DNA of 64,000 bases from Gammaproteobacteria bacterium (GCA_965222615.1 CBDCUI010000009.1:1053580-1117579), one strand, 5' to 3'; shown: positions 43,074-52,844, counted from the first letter of the stretch. Notes: generated by a model not told the origin, from the letters alone. A program made the numbers and translations.

Positions 43074-44027
43074 TTAAAAGTGATGCTTATCCAACCAATC
43101 CATATATTCTTTTACCCCATTTTTTACATTTAAGAATGAACTAGCATAACCGACTTCACGTAATTTTGTTATATCAGCTTGAGTAAAACTTTGATAGCGA
43201 CCGTTTAATTTTTTATCAAAAGGAATATACTCGATTTTACCTTTTCCATAATACTCAATAACAGCCTCGGCCACTTCATTAAACGTATGACTTTCACCTG
43301 TACCTAAATTAAAAATACCTGAGATTTCAGGATGTTCTAGAAACCAAAGATTCACTTTTATGACATCCCCCACATAAATAAAGTCGCGTCTTTGTTTACC
43401 GCTTTCAAATCCATCGCTTGATTCAAATAACTTTGCCATTCCAGTTTCAAGAATCTGACTGCGAAATCGATAGGCAACGCTTGCCATATATCCCTTGTGT
43501 TGTTCACGAGGACCATACACATTGAAATATCTTAAGCCTACTATTTGGGACTCTTCATTTTGAATTGCATCACGCACATAATTATCAAATAGATATTTAG
43601 ATTCCGCATATAAATTTAGTGGTTTTTCAAATTTTGGATCTTCACAAAATTTATTATTGTCTCCATAAACCGCAGCCGATGATGCGTATATAAAAGGGAT
43701 TTTTTTTCGAAGACAATACTGAAGTAGTTTAATGGAATATTCATAGTTGTTATTTAACATATACTCACGATTAGTTTCCGTTGTGTCAGAACATGCCCCT
43801 TTATGAAATACTGCTTCTATTTTCTTATCCGATTTCTCACTGTTAGTTAAAAAATCATATAACTCTTCAGCTTCAACTAGATCAAGAACATTACAATCTA
43901 CTAAATTTTGCATGTTTGAATCTTTAGAAAACTCATCAACTGCGACAACATTCTCAATACCAACATCATTAAGTGCTTTGATAATGTTACTACCAATAAA
44001 TCCTGCACCTCCAGTTACGATATACAT
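43074..44027 (-). CDS. hldD: ADP-L-glycero-D-manno-heptose 6-epimerase
   Basis: IVTGGAGFIGSNI, GACSDTTE, YASSAAVYG, YAESK and RYFNVYGPREQHKG.MASV. Confidence 0.95.
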   Translation of the reverse strand: MYIVTGGAGFIGSNIIKALNDVGIENVVAVDEFSKDSNMQNLVDCNVLDLVEAEELYDFLTNSEKSDKKIEAVFHKGACSDTTETNREYMLNNNYEYSIKLLQYCLRKKIPFIYASSAAVYGDNNKFCEDPKFEKPLNLYAESKYLFDNYVRDAIQNEESQIVGLRYFNVYGPREQHKGYMASVAYRFRSQILETGMAKLFESSDGFESGKQRRDFIYVGDVIKVNLWFLEHPEISGIFNLGTGESHTFNEVAEAVIEYYGKGKIEYIPFDKKLNGRYQSFTQADITKLREVGYASSFLNVKNGVKEYMDWLDKHHF

Positions 44028-44037
44028 AGTATAACTA

Positions 44038-45108
44038 TTAAGCGATATCTAAATTTCTATCAAAGATTTGATTTTTTACTGTCATCACGACATCTAATTT
44101 TTTTTTGGCATCTTCGATTTGAATCAAGTCCATTGCACCTGGATACTCAAGCTTAGTCCCCCATTTAAGTTCTGAAGCTGGCTTTTTTAAAAATTTTCTC
44201 GCTGCTTCGTCATATTTATTCACACACCAAGCTTCACTAAAGTAAGGACGAGCACGGGCTGGATTGGTTGCAGCATATAAACCAATAGCAGGGACATTCA
44301 TAGCCGTTGCCATATGCACGGGGCCGGAATCTGGTGAAAGCACAATAGTCGAGTTTCCAATTAGAGCTAGTAACTGTTTTAGATTTGTCATACCAGCTAA
44401 ATTAATAGGAGGTGATTGCATTTTTTGCTGAATTTCGACAGTCATATTGATTTCTTGCTTTTTTTGGCTCCCAGTGAGTATGGTCTGCATCCCATATTTA
44501 TCTCTTGCATAGTCAGCTATTGCGGCATAACCCTGAGAATTCCAACTACGAATTAAATGACTAGAGCAGGGACTAATAAGTAAAGTTGGATTGTTCTTAC
44601 AATATTTTTCCGCATACTTCTTATTCTCATTGCTAAGTGGTATATCCCATTTATATTTCCGTTTACTGATTCCTAACTCTTCGATAAAACTAAAAAAAGA
44701 ATCCATGACGTGTTGGCTGGCAGGAGGAATTTGCATATTGACAAAGAAACGATGAAGGTCTTTGGACCTTGCATTATCAAAACCTAACCTAACCTTTGCT
44801 TTGACGGCTAAACTTGCAATATGCGCACGTAGAGAATATTGCATCAGCATCAAAATATCGAAGTCCCTATTCTTGAGATCATCGAACAATTTTCTTTGCG
44901 AACTAAGGCCTTTCGATTTATCAAAGACTATAAATTCAATATCTGGTATATCGCCTAGAAGTGAATATTCTAATTTTCCAATAATCCAAGTAATTGACGT
45001 GTCCGCCCAATAATGTTGAATTGTGCGTACTACTGGTAACACATGTAATACATCACCAACTGCAGAAAGTCGCATGATACAAATTGATTTAGGCACACCA
45101 TCAATCAT
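44038..45108 (-). CDS. Glycosyltransferase family 9 (LPS heptosyltransferase-like)
   Basis: RLSAVGDV and SPDSGPVHMA..M..P.IGLY. Confidence 0.92.
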   Translation of the reverse strand: MIDGVPKSICIMRLSAVGDVLHVLPVVRTIQHYWADTSITWIIGKLEYSLLGDIPDIEFIVFDKSKGLSSQRKLFDDLKNRDFDILMLMQYSLRAHIASLAVKAKVRLGFDNARSKDLHRFFVNMQIPPASQHVMDSFFSFIEELGISKRKYKWDIPLSNENKKYAEKYCKNNPTLLISPCSSHLIRSWNSQGYAAIADYARDKYGMQTILTGSQKKQEINMTVEIQQKMQSPPINLAGMTNLKQLLALIGNSTIVLSPDSGPVHMATAMNVPAIGLYAATNPARARPYFSEAWCVNKYDEAARKFLKKPASELKWGTKLEYPGAMDLIQIEDAKKKLDVVMTVKNQIFDRNLDIA

Positions 45109-45128
45109 TAACTGAATACATACATGCG

Positions 45129-47114
45129 CTAATTATTATGGTACCGCATATATTTTGCGGTCTCGTATAACGCAAATACTTGTGTGTTTAACTGACTAGC
45201 AATATTAGGAAGTTTGTTTAAAAGATTCTCTGGAGGATTAATTGAATCAATTTTATGTAACCGTGGATTTGAACCATCGTTGCCTACTAGATAATAGTAT
45301 TCATCATTTAACAAACCAATTACATGATATTTACCTGCTCTAGAAATAGTTAACGCATAACGATTATTTTCAAATCTTGTATCAAAGAGATTTCTTCCCA
45401 ATGTAGTGTTTTTACTTTCAACTGAAGCTAGGCCCGCTATAGTTGGCAAAACATCTATTGATGAGCCTACTGTTTCGATAACATTTGATTTCAATAAATT
45501 TGGAGCATAAAAAACCAAGGGGATATGGTGTCGATCTAATGGCAATAATCTCTCACCTATAGGCTGGTGTTGTGATCCACCTGGTGAGCCATGATCAGCA
45601 TATAAAACAAAAATTGTGTTGTTGAAGTATTTTTGTTGTCTAGCCAATTGGAAAAATTGCCCTAAACTATGGTCCATAAAGCGAAACGCATTGTAGTCTT
45701 TTGCAGACTTAAACCCGTATTTTTTGACTTCTTTATCTGTTATTTTTTTTGAAATAAATCCCCGATTATCATCCGGAATATTAAATGGGCTGTGATTTCC
45801 TGAAGTATGTATAACAGCAAAAAAAGGTTGATCATCAACTTGGTTTAACACAGTGTTAGCTTCTTCAAATAAATGCAGGTCGCTGATGCCCCAAACATCC
45901 ATCCTCGGGCTGTTATAACTTCCTTCCTCGTATATTTTTATGTCTGGGATATTGCGCTGCAAAAGAGCACGAATATTAGCCCAGCTGGCACTGCCACCTA
46001 GAAAATAAAACTTCTCATATCCGACAAAAGAATTGACTATTGTGTGCTGATTGACAACAAGTGGATTTCGCGAGGATGTTTTGTTTTTCTCAACATCAGG
46101 TAACCCTACTAGCGAAGCAAATACTGCTCGTGCAGTACCTCCATGAGGGGCATAGAATTTAGAAAAATAAATGCCGTTTCTTGTAATTTCATCAAAATTA
46201 GGAGACGGATCTAATGGATTACCTGAAATTCCAGTTTTAAAAGACGCGAATGATTCAAGCAATATAATTACAACATTTGGAGTTGTGTTAACTTGAATAG
46301 CTGATGAAGATATTGGTCGAGAAAAATTTAGTTTATCTTTATCAGGTTGCTTAACCCCTAAATAAGTTGTTAGGAAATCATAATTGGCTTTAACTTTTGT
46401 TGCATTATATTCAATCTCTTTATTCTTAAATGTATCAACAAAATATAAAACCGGATTAAGGGCAATTGCAGAAATAAAATCATCGGTTGAGAAATAGGCA
46501 TCACTCCAACGTAGTGGATAATAAGAAAATTTTCCATATACACCAGCAGAATAAATCATAATTGCAATCCCTATGATTGCTGCTTTATGCCAACGTCTAT
46601 AGCGAGAGTGACTAGAATTTTGTAATTTTCGAATAGTCCAGTTGATTATCCTGATCAAACCAAACGTACAAATAAGCAAACTCAACGTGCCAATTAATAC
46701 TGGATAACCCTCCCAAAGCACACCGAAGCTTTCATAGGGATTGCTAAGAAATCGAAGAACTGATGCATCAAGCCGTGATTCTAGATAGTCGTAATATCCA
46801 AAATCGATTGAATAGATAAATAACAATAAAAATCCAATAATTGAAAAATAAACAAGCCAACCAATTTTAGCGATGCAGTTTTGCAAAGGATTAAGAATAG
46901 GCACCCATATAAGAATCGAAAGTGGTATCAATATTAATAATATGCAACGAAGGTCATACTTTAGTCCTAAGTAAAAGGCCTGACTCAGTGCATCAATTGG
47001 GATAATAATTTGTGGATCTCGAAAGGCTAGCCAAAAAATAACACGAAGGGACGACATCACAATAAGAAACACTGTAGCGATAATCGCAATCAAACGAATT
47101 TCTTTAGGAACCAT
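45129..47114 (-). CDS. LTA synthase family / alkaline-phosphatase-superfamily membrane phosphotransferase
   Basis: Five N-terminal TM helices, PNVVIILLESF, GGTA (Thr nucleophile), NHSPF and YADHG. Confidence 0.9.
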   Translation of the reverse strand: MVPKEIRLIAIIATVFLIVMSSLRVIFWLAFRDPQIIIPIDALSQAFYLGLKYDLRCILLILIPLSILIWVPILNPLQNCIAKIGWLVYFSIIGFLLLFIYSIDFGYYDYLESRLDASVLRFLSNPYESFGVLWEGYPVLIGTLSLLICTFGLIRIINWTIRKLQNSSHSRYRRWHKAAIIGIAIMIYSAGVYGKFSYYPLRWSDAYFSTDDFISAIALNPVLYFVDTFKNKEIEYNATKVKANYDFLTTYLGVKQPDKDKLNFSRPISSSAIQVNTTPNVVIILLESFASFKTGISGNPLDPSPNFDEITRNGIYFSKFYAPHGGTARAVFASLVGLPDVEKNKTSSRNPLVVNQHTIVNSFVGYEKFYFLGGSASWANIRALLQRNIPDIKIYEEGSYNSPRMDVWGISDLHLFEEANTVLNQVDDQPFFAVIHTSGNHSPFNIPDDNRGFISKKITDKEVKKYGFKSAKDYNAFRFMDHSLGQFFQLARQQKYFNNTIFVLYADHGSPGGSQHQPIGERLLPLDRHHIPLVFYAPNLLKSNVIETVGSSIDVLPTIAGLASVESKNTTLGRNLFDTRFENNRYALTISRAGKYHVIGLLNDEYYYLVGNDGSNPRLHKIDSINPPENLLNKLPNIASQLNTQVFALYETAKYMRYHNN

Positions 47115-47757
47115 GTTTAATCTCTGGTCTAAATTCCACTCTATTATTCAATGGATAAAATTTTGCAATTACCTCAACATTATGTGATTTATAATTGGTT
47201 AAATATTGCCCACGTCTATCATTTTCTTTAAAACTACCCATCAATGACCGCCAATATGCGCTTTGCCGTGCCTCTTTATTTGTCCAGCCTAAAAATTCAA
47301 TTCGATAAATGGCTTCAAATAATGAGCTTCTACCAATTCCATGTTCACAATGAAACAAAATTGGGTAATTAGCAGAATCAGACATCACATGTAAAAAATG
47401 CCTAACCGTCTTTTCATCAGGTACAATTTCGGAAGGAATATTGATTGATTGAATACCTTTTTTTTGCAGTGCCTGCTCCTCCAAGGCAACATCTGCAGGC
47501 GTTTTTCTAAAATCTATTACTGTTTTTATATCGTACTTATTTACTCTTTTTAGCAACTGCTGTGGAGACATTTCTGCAGAGCGATACACAAACCCGTCAA
47601 CCACAGTCAAGAATCTTTTATTCACATGCGCCCAGTACAAATAACTGGAAAACAACAATATGAATATAATCAAGGACATATAAAGCCCAATATTCTTTAA
47701 TCGATTCTGACAAGGCGCAGGGGATTTCATCTGCACTGAGGAATTGTGCAAGCACAT
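47104..47757 (-). CDS. Membrane-anchored Cys-based (PTP/DSP-like) phosphatase
   Basis: VYRSA, IKTVIDFR and HCEHGIGRS (CX5R); N-terminal TM; true start is probably downstream of 47757. Confidence 0.88.
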   Translation of the reverse strand: MCLHNSSVQMKSPAPCQNRLKNIGLYMSLIIFILLFSSYLYWAHVNKRFLTVVDGFVYRSAEMSPQQLLKRVNKYDIKTVIDFRKTPADVALEEQALQKKGIQSINIPSEIVPDEKTVRHFLHVMSDSANYPILFHCEHGIGRSSLFEAIYRIEFLGWTNKEARQSAYWRSLMGSFKENDRRGQYLTNYKSHNVEVIAKFYPLNNRVEFRPEIKHGS

Positions 47758-47864
47758 ACTTAAGAATCCTGTAGACGTTAGTGATATTCAGAAATAGAAA
47801 ATCTGTTTTACTTGACCCAAAGTAAGGACAAATTGAGTGTAAAAGTGCTTTCTGACACAAGAAA

Positions 47865-47965
47865 TAGATAAATGCCCAATGATGTCTAGACATCTGTCTA
47901 CTGGCCTAAACTAGGACAAATGTCTAAAATTCTCTACAAGGAGAGCACATATAGACATTAGTCTT
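47865..47965. promoter_or_regulatory. Cluster of four 14-bp palindromic operator-like boxes
   Basis: TAGATAAATGCCCA (47865), TAGACATCTGTCTA (47887), AGGACAAATGTCTA (47913) and TAGACATTAGTCTT (47952) in a divergent promoter. Confidence 0.65.
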
Positions 47966-48013
47966 AATTAAGCTATTTTTAAGATACAAGCAGAATGAGG
48001 TAAAAATATATCT

Positions 48014-48574
48014 ATGAGTAGTACATCAGGCCAACCAATGAATAAACCAAGTATTTTATCGATCTTACTGTTACAGCAAACTTCAAACTATAAACAAACA
48101 CAGAGCTATATATCAATCGTAGTACTAATAATTGCGATCCTATATTTTTCCTTCGATGTTGTAGAAGATATAACTATCGAGCAACAGGGAATTATTTATA
48201 TAACAATAGAGGCAATGGTTTTTTTATCAATACTCCTAGTACTTTGGTTTGAGATATCTCGAGTAATACAATTATCCTCTAAAGTTCAAGTAACTGAAGA
48301 AAAAGTAACTAGACTACGCAAACAAATCCATACTGCGATACACGAAGAATTTGAGAGCTGGGGACTAACCGAGACCGAAAAAAATATTGCCTTAATGTTA
48401 ATTAAAGGACTTTCCATGAAAGAAATTGCTGAAGTACGTGGCGTTAAAGAAAAATCTGTTCGCCAGCAAGCAACAGGAATTTATACAAAATCAGGTCTTG
48501 CAAATCGATACGAACTTACTTCGCATTTTATTGAGAGTTTTTTCTTAACAGACATTCCAATAAATGGCAGTTAA
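48014..48574 (+). CDS. Membrane-anchored LuxR-type HTH regulator (copy 1)
   Basis: Two TM helices, a coiled coil, and WGLTETEKNIALMLIKGLSMKEIAEVR..SVRQQATGIYTKSG. Confidence 0.88.
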   Translation: MSSTSGQPMNKPSILSILLLQQTSNYKQTQSYISIVVLIIAILYFSFDVVEDITIEQQGIIYITIEAMVFLSILLVLWFEISRVIQLSSKVQVTEEKVTRLRKQIHTAIHEEFESWGLTETEKNIALMLIKGLSMKEIAEVRGVKEKSVRQQATGIYTKSGLANRYELTSHFIESFFLTDIPINGS

Positions 48575-48693
48575 AAATAAAATGCTTAAACATGAATAAG
48601 ACAAAATTGCCTTCAACATTTATTCTCTATAAATATAAAATAGTTCGTTTAAATTACAAATCAATGTTATAGATAAGGCCTAGCTACACTTAT

Positions 48694-50331
48694 TTATGGA
48701 CTATTAATTAAGTACCAGTCGCGCCGCTCATGTGTACCTACATAAACTGCACGATCAATATTGAAACAACAGTCTACTACTGATTTTCTTGTTAATAGCC
48801 AACGATTATTTTTTTGTATTTGCCATTTTATCGCTGTTTTAGATTGTTCTTCGAAAGATTTCGAAAACCCGAATTCTTTGATATTTCGATCGGTATATAA
48901 CAAAAATGCGTCACGCCATGCCACAAAACCAAGCTCAGCAGATGGTCCTATAATTTTTACAGTTTCTTCTATGATGTAACGCTCAGATTTTATTTTATTT
49001 AGTTCAGGATAAGCCCACCATCCAACTATGAACCAAAACGTTATAACAAATACAAACATACCTAAAATTGAATGCCGTGTGGCAGTTAGTGTAATAATAA
49101 TTTGCCCAGCAAATCCCAAAATGAGTATAACTATAAAGAATTGCTTCACATCATTACTAACAAAGCCAGGACAGCTCAAAGTGTCATAAGTACACAAGTA
49201 AGGAATATAAATAAAGAATACTGAAATAACAAACACAGTAATTGCAGATAAGGCATTTGCGGATAATGATTTACGAATTTTGACTAATATTGGACTGCAA
49301 GCAACCACAAAAGCAGGGAGCGCAGGTAAAATATATACACCTCGTTTGCCTGGCGAAAGAGAAAAAAATAATATAACTAAACTAACCCAAACGAGGAGAC
49401 TTATTACTCTGGCATCTTTCATAAGAAATTGTTTATACCAACCAAAAACAAACCAAGGTAATAACAAAGTCAATGGCATCCATAATTGTAGTGCCTGTAC
49501 AATTAAATACCAATAAGGTCTTAGGTGCGCCCATGAATCAAAATACCGAATTTTTGTTTGCTGAAACAATATATTATTAAAGTAATTACTTAAATCTGCA
49601 TTTTTCGTTATATGCATCTGAGCCAACAATACACTTAGCCAGACAGCAAGCGGAGCAATAAACAAAAACACGGCATATAACCACTGCCAAGACGATATAG
49701 AATATCTAGTACTATAATTCCATCCGTTTAGTCTAGTTAGAAAATAAGGTACCAATAGAAATAAAGGAAGAAAACCAACGCCTTTTGTAAGTACACCGAG
49801 TCCCATAGAAAAAAAAGACAGATAAACCCAACGCACATTGTGTTGTAAAAAAAGTGTTCTCATCAAACCATACAATGCAAGTGTAGTAAAAAACGTTAAT
49901 GTCATATCAATCTGAGCACTTTTGGCTTGAAGTCCAAATTGATAAGTACCTAATAAGACAATCGCTGCAATTAGACCTGTCTCTGCTGACCATAATCTTC
50001 GTCCTAGGTCATAGACCATTAATAACACAGCTACGGATGCAAGTAAGGAGGGTAATAAAAATGCAATATTAATCGAACCAAAGATTTTATAGAAAATTGC
50101 AATGGCCCATATGAATATTGGAGGCTTATCTGCATAAATCTCAACCCCTCGATGTGGGATAAGCCAATTCCCTGACTCGACCATTTGTTTAGCAATAATT
50201 GCGAATCGGGGCTCATCAGGTGTCCATGGATCACGCAAACCAAGTCCTGAAGTAATTATTACAACACTAAGTGTTAAGATTAGTGCAAAATGATATTTCG
50301 AATTACAGAGTCGATTAAATAATCTTCTCAT
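48694..50331 (-). CDS. ArnT-like polyprenol-phosphate-sugar transferase (GT39/GT83)
   Basis: PDEPRF, YADKPP, LTKG and KRGVYILPALP; multi-TM. Confidence 0.9.
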   Translation of the reverse strand: MRRLFNRLCNSKYHFALILTLSVVIITSGLGLRDPWTPDEPRFAIIAKQMVESGNWLIPHRGVEIYADKPPIFIWAIAIFYKIFGSINIAFLLPSLLASVAVLLMVYDLGRRLWSAETGLIAAIVLLGTYQFGLQAKSAQIDMTLTFFTTLALYGLMRTLFLQHNVRWVYLSFFSMGLGVLTKGVGFLPLFLLVPYFLTRLNGWNYSTRYSISSWQWLYAVFLFIAPLAVWLSVLLAQMHITKNADLSNYFNNILFQQTKIRYFDSWAHLRPYWYLIVQALQLWMPLTLLLPWFVFGWYKQFLMKDARVISLLVWVSLVILFFSLSPGKRGVYILPALPAFVVACSPILVKIRKSLSANALSAITVFVISVFFIYIPYLCTYDTLSCPGFVSNDVKQFFIVILILGFAGQIIITLTATRHSILGMFVFVITFWFIVGWWAYPELNKIKSERYIIEETVKIIGPSAELGFVAWRDAFLLYTDRNIKEFGFSKSFEEQSKTAIKWQIQKNNRWLLTRKSVVDCCFNIDRAVYVGTHERRDWYLINSP

Positions 50332-50371
50332 GAAAGAATAATTTAACAGTCTAACGATAATAAAAATATTG

Positions 50372-50659
50372 CTATGCAGAAATTTGTTTGCTTGTTGAGG
50401 CGTTGAGATAAATAAAGTATAAATTTCTTACATAAACAAATAAGCCGGTCAATTGACCTAAGATAAAAACAGGGTCCATTTTATGAATTGCATAAACTAG
50501 TAAAGTAATTCCACCAAAAATACTGAAATACCAAAATGATATAGGGATTACGCTCTTCTTTTGGTGCTCAGTTGCCAACCATTGAATTAAAAATCGTATT
50601 GAAAATAGTGCCTGGCCTGAGAAGCCTACTAAAAGCCAAATTGCTTCATAGCCTTTCAT
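50372..50659 (-). CDS. Lipid A biosynthesis N-terminal (LAB_N) domain small membrane protein
   Basis: GF.GQALFS.RFLIQW..E...SVIP..FWYFS and DPVFILGQ. Confidence 0.9.
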   Translation of the reverse strand: MKGYEAIWLLVGFSGQALFSIRFLIQWLATEHQKKSVIPISFWYFSIFGGITLLVYAIHKMDPVFILGQLTGLFVYVRNLYFIYLNASTSKQISA

Positions 50660-51436
50660 TCATATATCTTCAATAATAGGGTTCATAGTTCTTTTACGTA
50701 ACCACAAAACACCGAATAAATCGATGATCCCTGCAGATAGTCGATCTAGTGTGCCATACTTTGAGAAGCCTGTTTTTCTATGCCGATGACCAACAGTTAT
50801 AAACTCTACCTTGCCACCTTGCATAATAAATAAAGCGGGTAAAAAACGATGCATATGGTTAAACTGAGGCAAAGCTAAATAAGACTGGCGATGGAATAAT
50901 TTAATTCCACATCCTGTGTCAACTGCATTATCTTTAAGAATTACTCTCCTAATAGTGTTCGCAACGCGTGAACTTAATTTTTTAATGCTAGAGTCACATC
51001 TTTTATTGCGGACCCCTGAAATTAATAAAGAGATATCTTTATTAATTCGATTGCCCAAATGATTTAACATTGGGATAATGTCAGCAGGATTGTTTTGACC
51101 ATCTCCATCTAGAGTTATTACCCATTTCGTCATTGCGTTTTTTGCACCAACGTGTATTGCAGCGCTTTGGCCATAGTTACTATTTAGCTTAATGATTTTT
51201 AGAATATGGGAGTTAGATTGTTTGAGATTCATCAGTTCCTTTACTGTCCCATCGAAACTACCGTCATCCACGTAGATAACAACATAATCACAGTAATTAT
51301 TAAGAGCAGATTTAATTTCCTTCAAGAGTGGGCGAATATTTGTAGCTTCATTGAAAACTGGAATAATTATAGAAATCTCTGGTTTTTTTCGGCTAGTATC
51401 TAGTCGATTATTTCTACATAGATTATCTAAATCCAT
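50660..51436 (-). CDS. GT2 polyprenol-phosphate glycosyltransferase (ArnC/DPM1-like)
   Basis: IIPVFNE, VDDGS.D, LDGDGQN, DTGCG and HRFLP. Confidence 0.92.
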   Translation of the reverse strand: MDLDNLCRNNRLDTSRKKPEISIIIPVFNEATNIRPLLKEIKSALNNYCDYVVIYVDDGSFDGTVKELMNLKQSNSHILKIIKLNSNYGQSAAIHVGAKNAMTKWVITLDGDGQNNPADIIPMLNHLGNRINKDISLLISGVRNKRCDSSIKKLSSRVANTIRRVILKDNAVDTGCGIKLFHRQSYLALPQFNHMHRFLPALFIMQGGKVEFITVGHRHRKTGFSKYGTLDRLSAGIIDLFGVLWLRKRTMNPIIEDI

Positions 51437-51581
51437 AATTAATTAGCAGCAAATTTAGTTTAGTTAAAATGTATACACTATGATTTTCTATTCTTGAGTT
51501 TGGCTAAGCGTCCCTCATAATTAGATTAGGACTGTGCATGAAATGTTTAAAATATGCCATAGATATACAACTAATCGAAAA

Positions 51582-51595
51582 TAGACATATGCCCA
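51582..51595. promoter_or_regulatory. Operator-like box in the GT2/luxR2 divergent promoter
   Basis: TAGACATATGCCCA, with flanks (gaaa..., ...at) resembling the 47865 box. Confidence 0.55.
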
Positions 51596-51724
51596 ATATG
51601 ATTTTTCTTTAGCATAATTATACTTACAGCATTGTTTCTCAATCATAGGGTTATATCTATGTGGTTAAAATTTAATAAAACAATGCGATTTGGAAAATAT
51701 TGAAATTTAATTCCCATTAATATA

Positions 51725-52249
51725 TTGACACAAAAAAACAAAAATTTAGATATATTAACTTCCGCTTTTGCACAGAATAGTCCTGAGTTTCACAGTATAC
51801 GGAGCTATTTCTCTTCACTCGTTTTAATATTAGCCGCCCTATTCTTCATTCAAGACATATACATAGATCTAATCATTGAGAAAAAAAGTTTTTCCCATGT
51901 ATTTATTGAAAGCGGTATATTCCTTTCTATACTATTTGCGCTTTATTTTGAGATTAAGCGTGTGTTGAGCCTTTTATCTACAGTATCAGATAACCATGAA
52001 CAAATACTTAAATTAAAAAAACGTTTGCATAAGGAAATTTTAGATGAATTTGATCGATGGGGACTAACAAACACACAAAAAGACATAGCATTGATGCTAA
52101 TTAAAGGACTTTCTATGAAAGAAATTGCTGAGGCTAGAAACGTAAAAGACAAATCAGTTCAAGCACAAGCAACCATAATCTATTCAAAAGCAAATGTATT
52201 AAATAGACATGAATTATCGTCGTATTTTATAGAGAGTTTGTTATTATAA
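51725..52249 (+). CDS. Membrane-anchored LuxR-type HTH regulator (copy 2)
   Basis: Paralog of 48014-48574: two TMs and WGLTNTQKDIALMLIKGLSMKEIAEAR. Confidence 0.88.
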   Translation: MTQKNKNLDILTSAFAQNSPEFHSIRSYFSSLVLILAALFFIQDIYIDLIIEKKSFSHVFIESGIFLSILFALYFEIKRVLSLLSTVSDNHEQILKLKKRLHKEILDEFDRWGLTNTQKDIALMLIKGLSMKEIAEARNVKDKSVQAQATIIYSKANVLNRHELSSYFIESLLL

Positions 52250-52276
52250 ATTTCTGAAGTAAAGAAGTGTTAATTT

Positions 52277-52417
52277 ATACGATGCTAAAAAAGAATCTAT
52301 ACGTCAGCGTTTATCAGATATTTATGCTGAATCAGGCCTTACTAGTCGATACGGGTTCACCTCACACTTTTTATAGAAAGTTTTTTCTTAACGGATATTC
52401 CAATAAATGGAAATTGA
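52277..52417 (+). pseudogene. Frameshifted 3' remnant of a third LuxR copy
   Basis: Translates KESIRQRLSDIYAESGLTSRYGFTSHF, then 2 extra T, then IESFFLTDIPINGN*; copy 1 ends EKSVRQQATGIYTKSGLANRYELTSHFIESFFLTDIPINGS*. Confidence 0.8.
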
Positions 52418-52475
52418 AATTACATTACTTCGAGTAGAATCAAGCTAGCACTTCTTACCCATGAATCGCACCTAC

Positions 52476-52648
52476 GTAGGCATGATTTTGCTGGCCTATA
52501 TGAGCATTTCTGTTTGGATTTTGGGCATTCTAGGCGAAGATCCCAAATCGTGGCTGTATTGGGCTCCCGTCGAAACAAGCATATTAATATGGCCTGGATC
52601 TACCTTGTATTACGTGTAGCTGGTAAAAACTTGTCAATTTATCAGTAA
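52476..52648 (+). pseudogene. mreD: Decayed duplicate of the mreD 3' end
   Basis: Translates VGMILLAYMSISVWILGILGEDPKSWLYWAPVETS, then a 1-nt deletion, then WIYLVLRVAGKNLSIYQ*; matches 42704-42877. Confidence 0.9.
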
Positions 52649-52844
52649 TCAATTTCGTCCGTATTCAGCATTACGCAAGGCTCTATCCTTTTAAAAATAT
52701 TAACAAATAGACGACTGCTAACAGCTAAAAGTGGTCATTTAATTTTAAATACTTACATAAATAAAGGTTGACTATCGACACAAATCAATCCAACTTTCCC
52801 ATTATCATTTGGTATTACTTCAGCATGAAATCACGGGAGATACT

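Larger units (their letters stand above)
42878..52648. mobile_element. LPS/envelope-modification island inserted at the mreD 3' end
   Basis: Visibly AT-richer gene block bounded by mreD 42704-42877 and a diverged copy at 52476-52648; no integrase. Confidence 0.65.

Noticed and set aside
47820-47970. Repeated palindromes considered as a mini CRISPR array
   Set aside because: Units are 14 bp, degenerate and irregularly spaced, and no cas genes are present; they fit operators better
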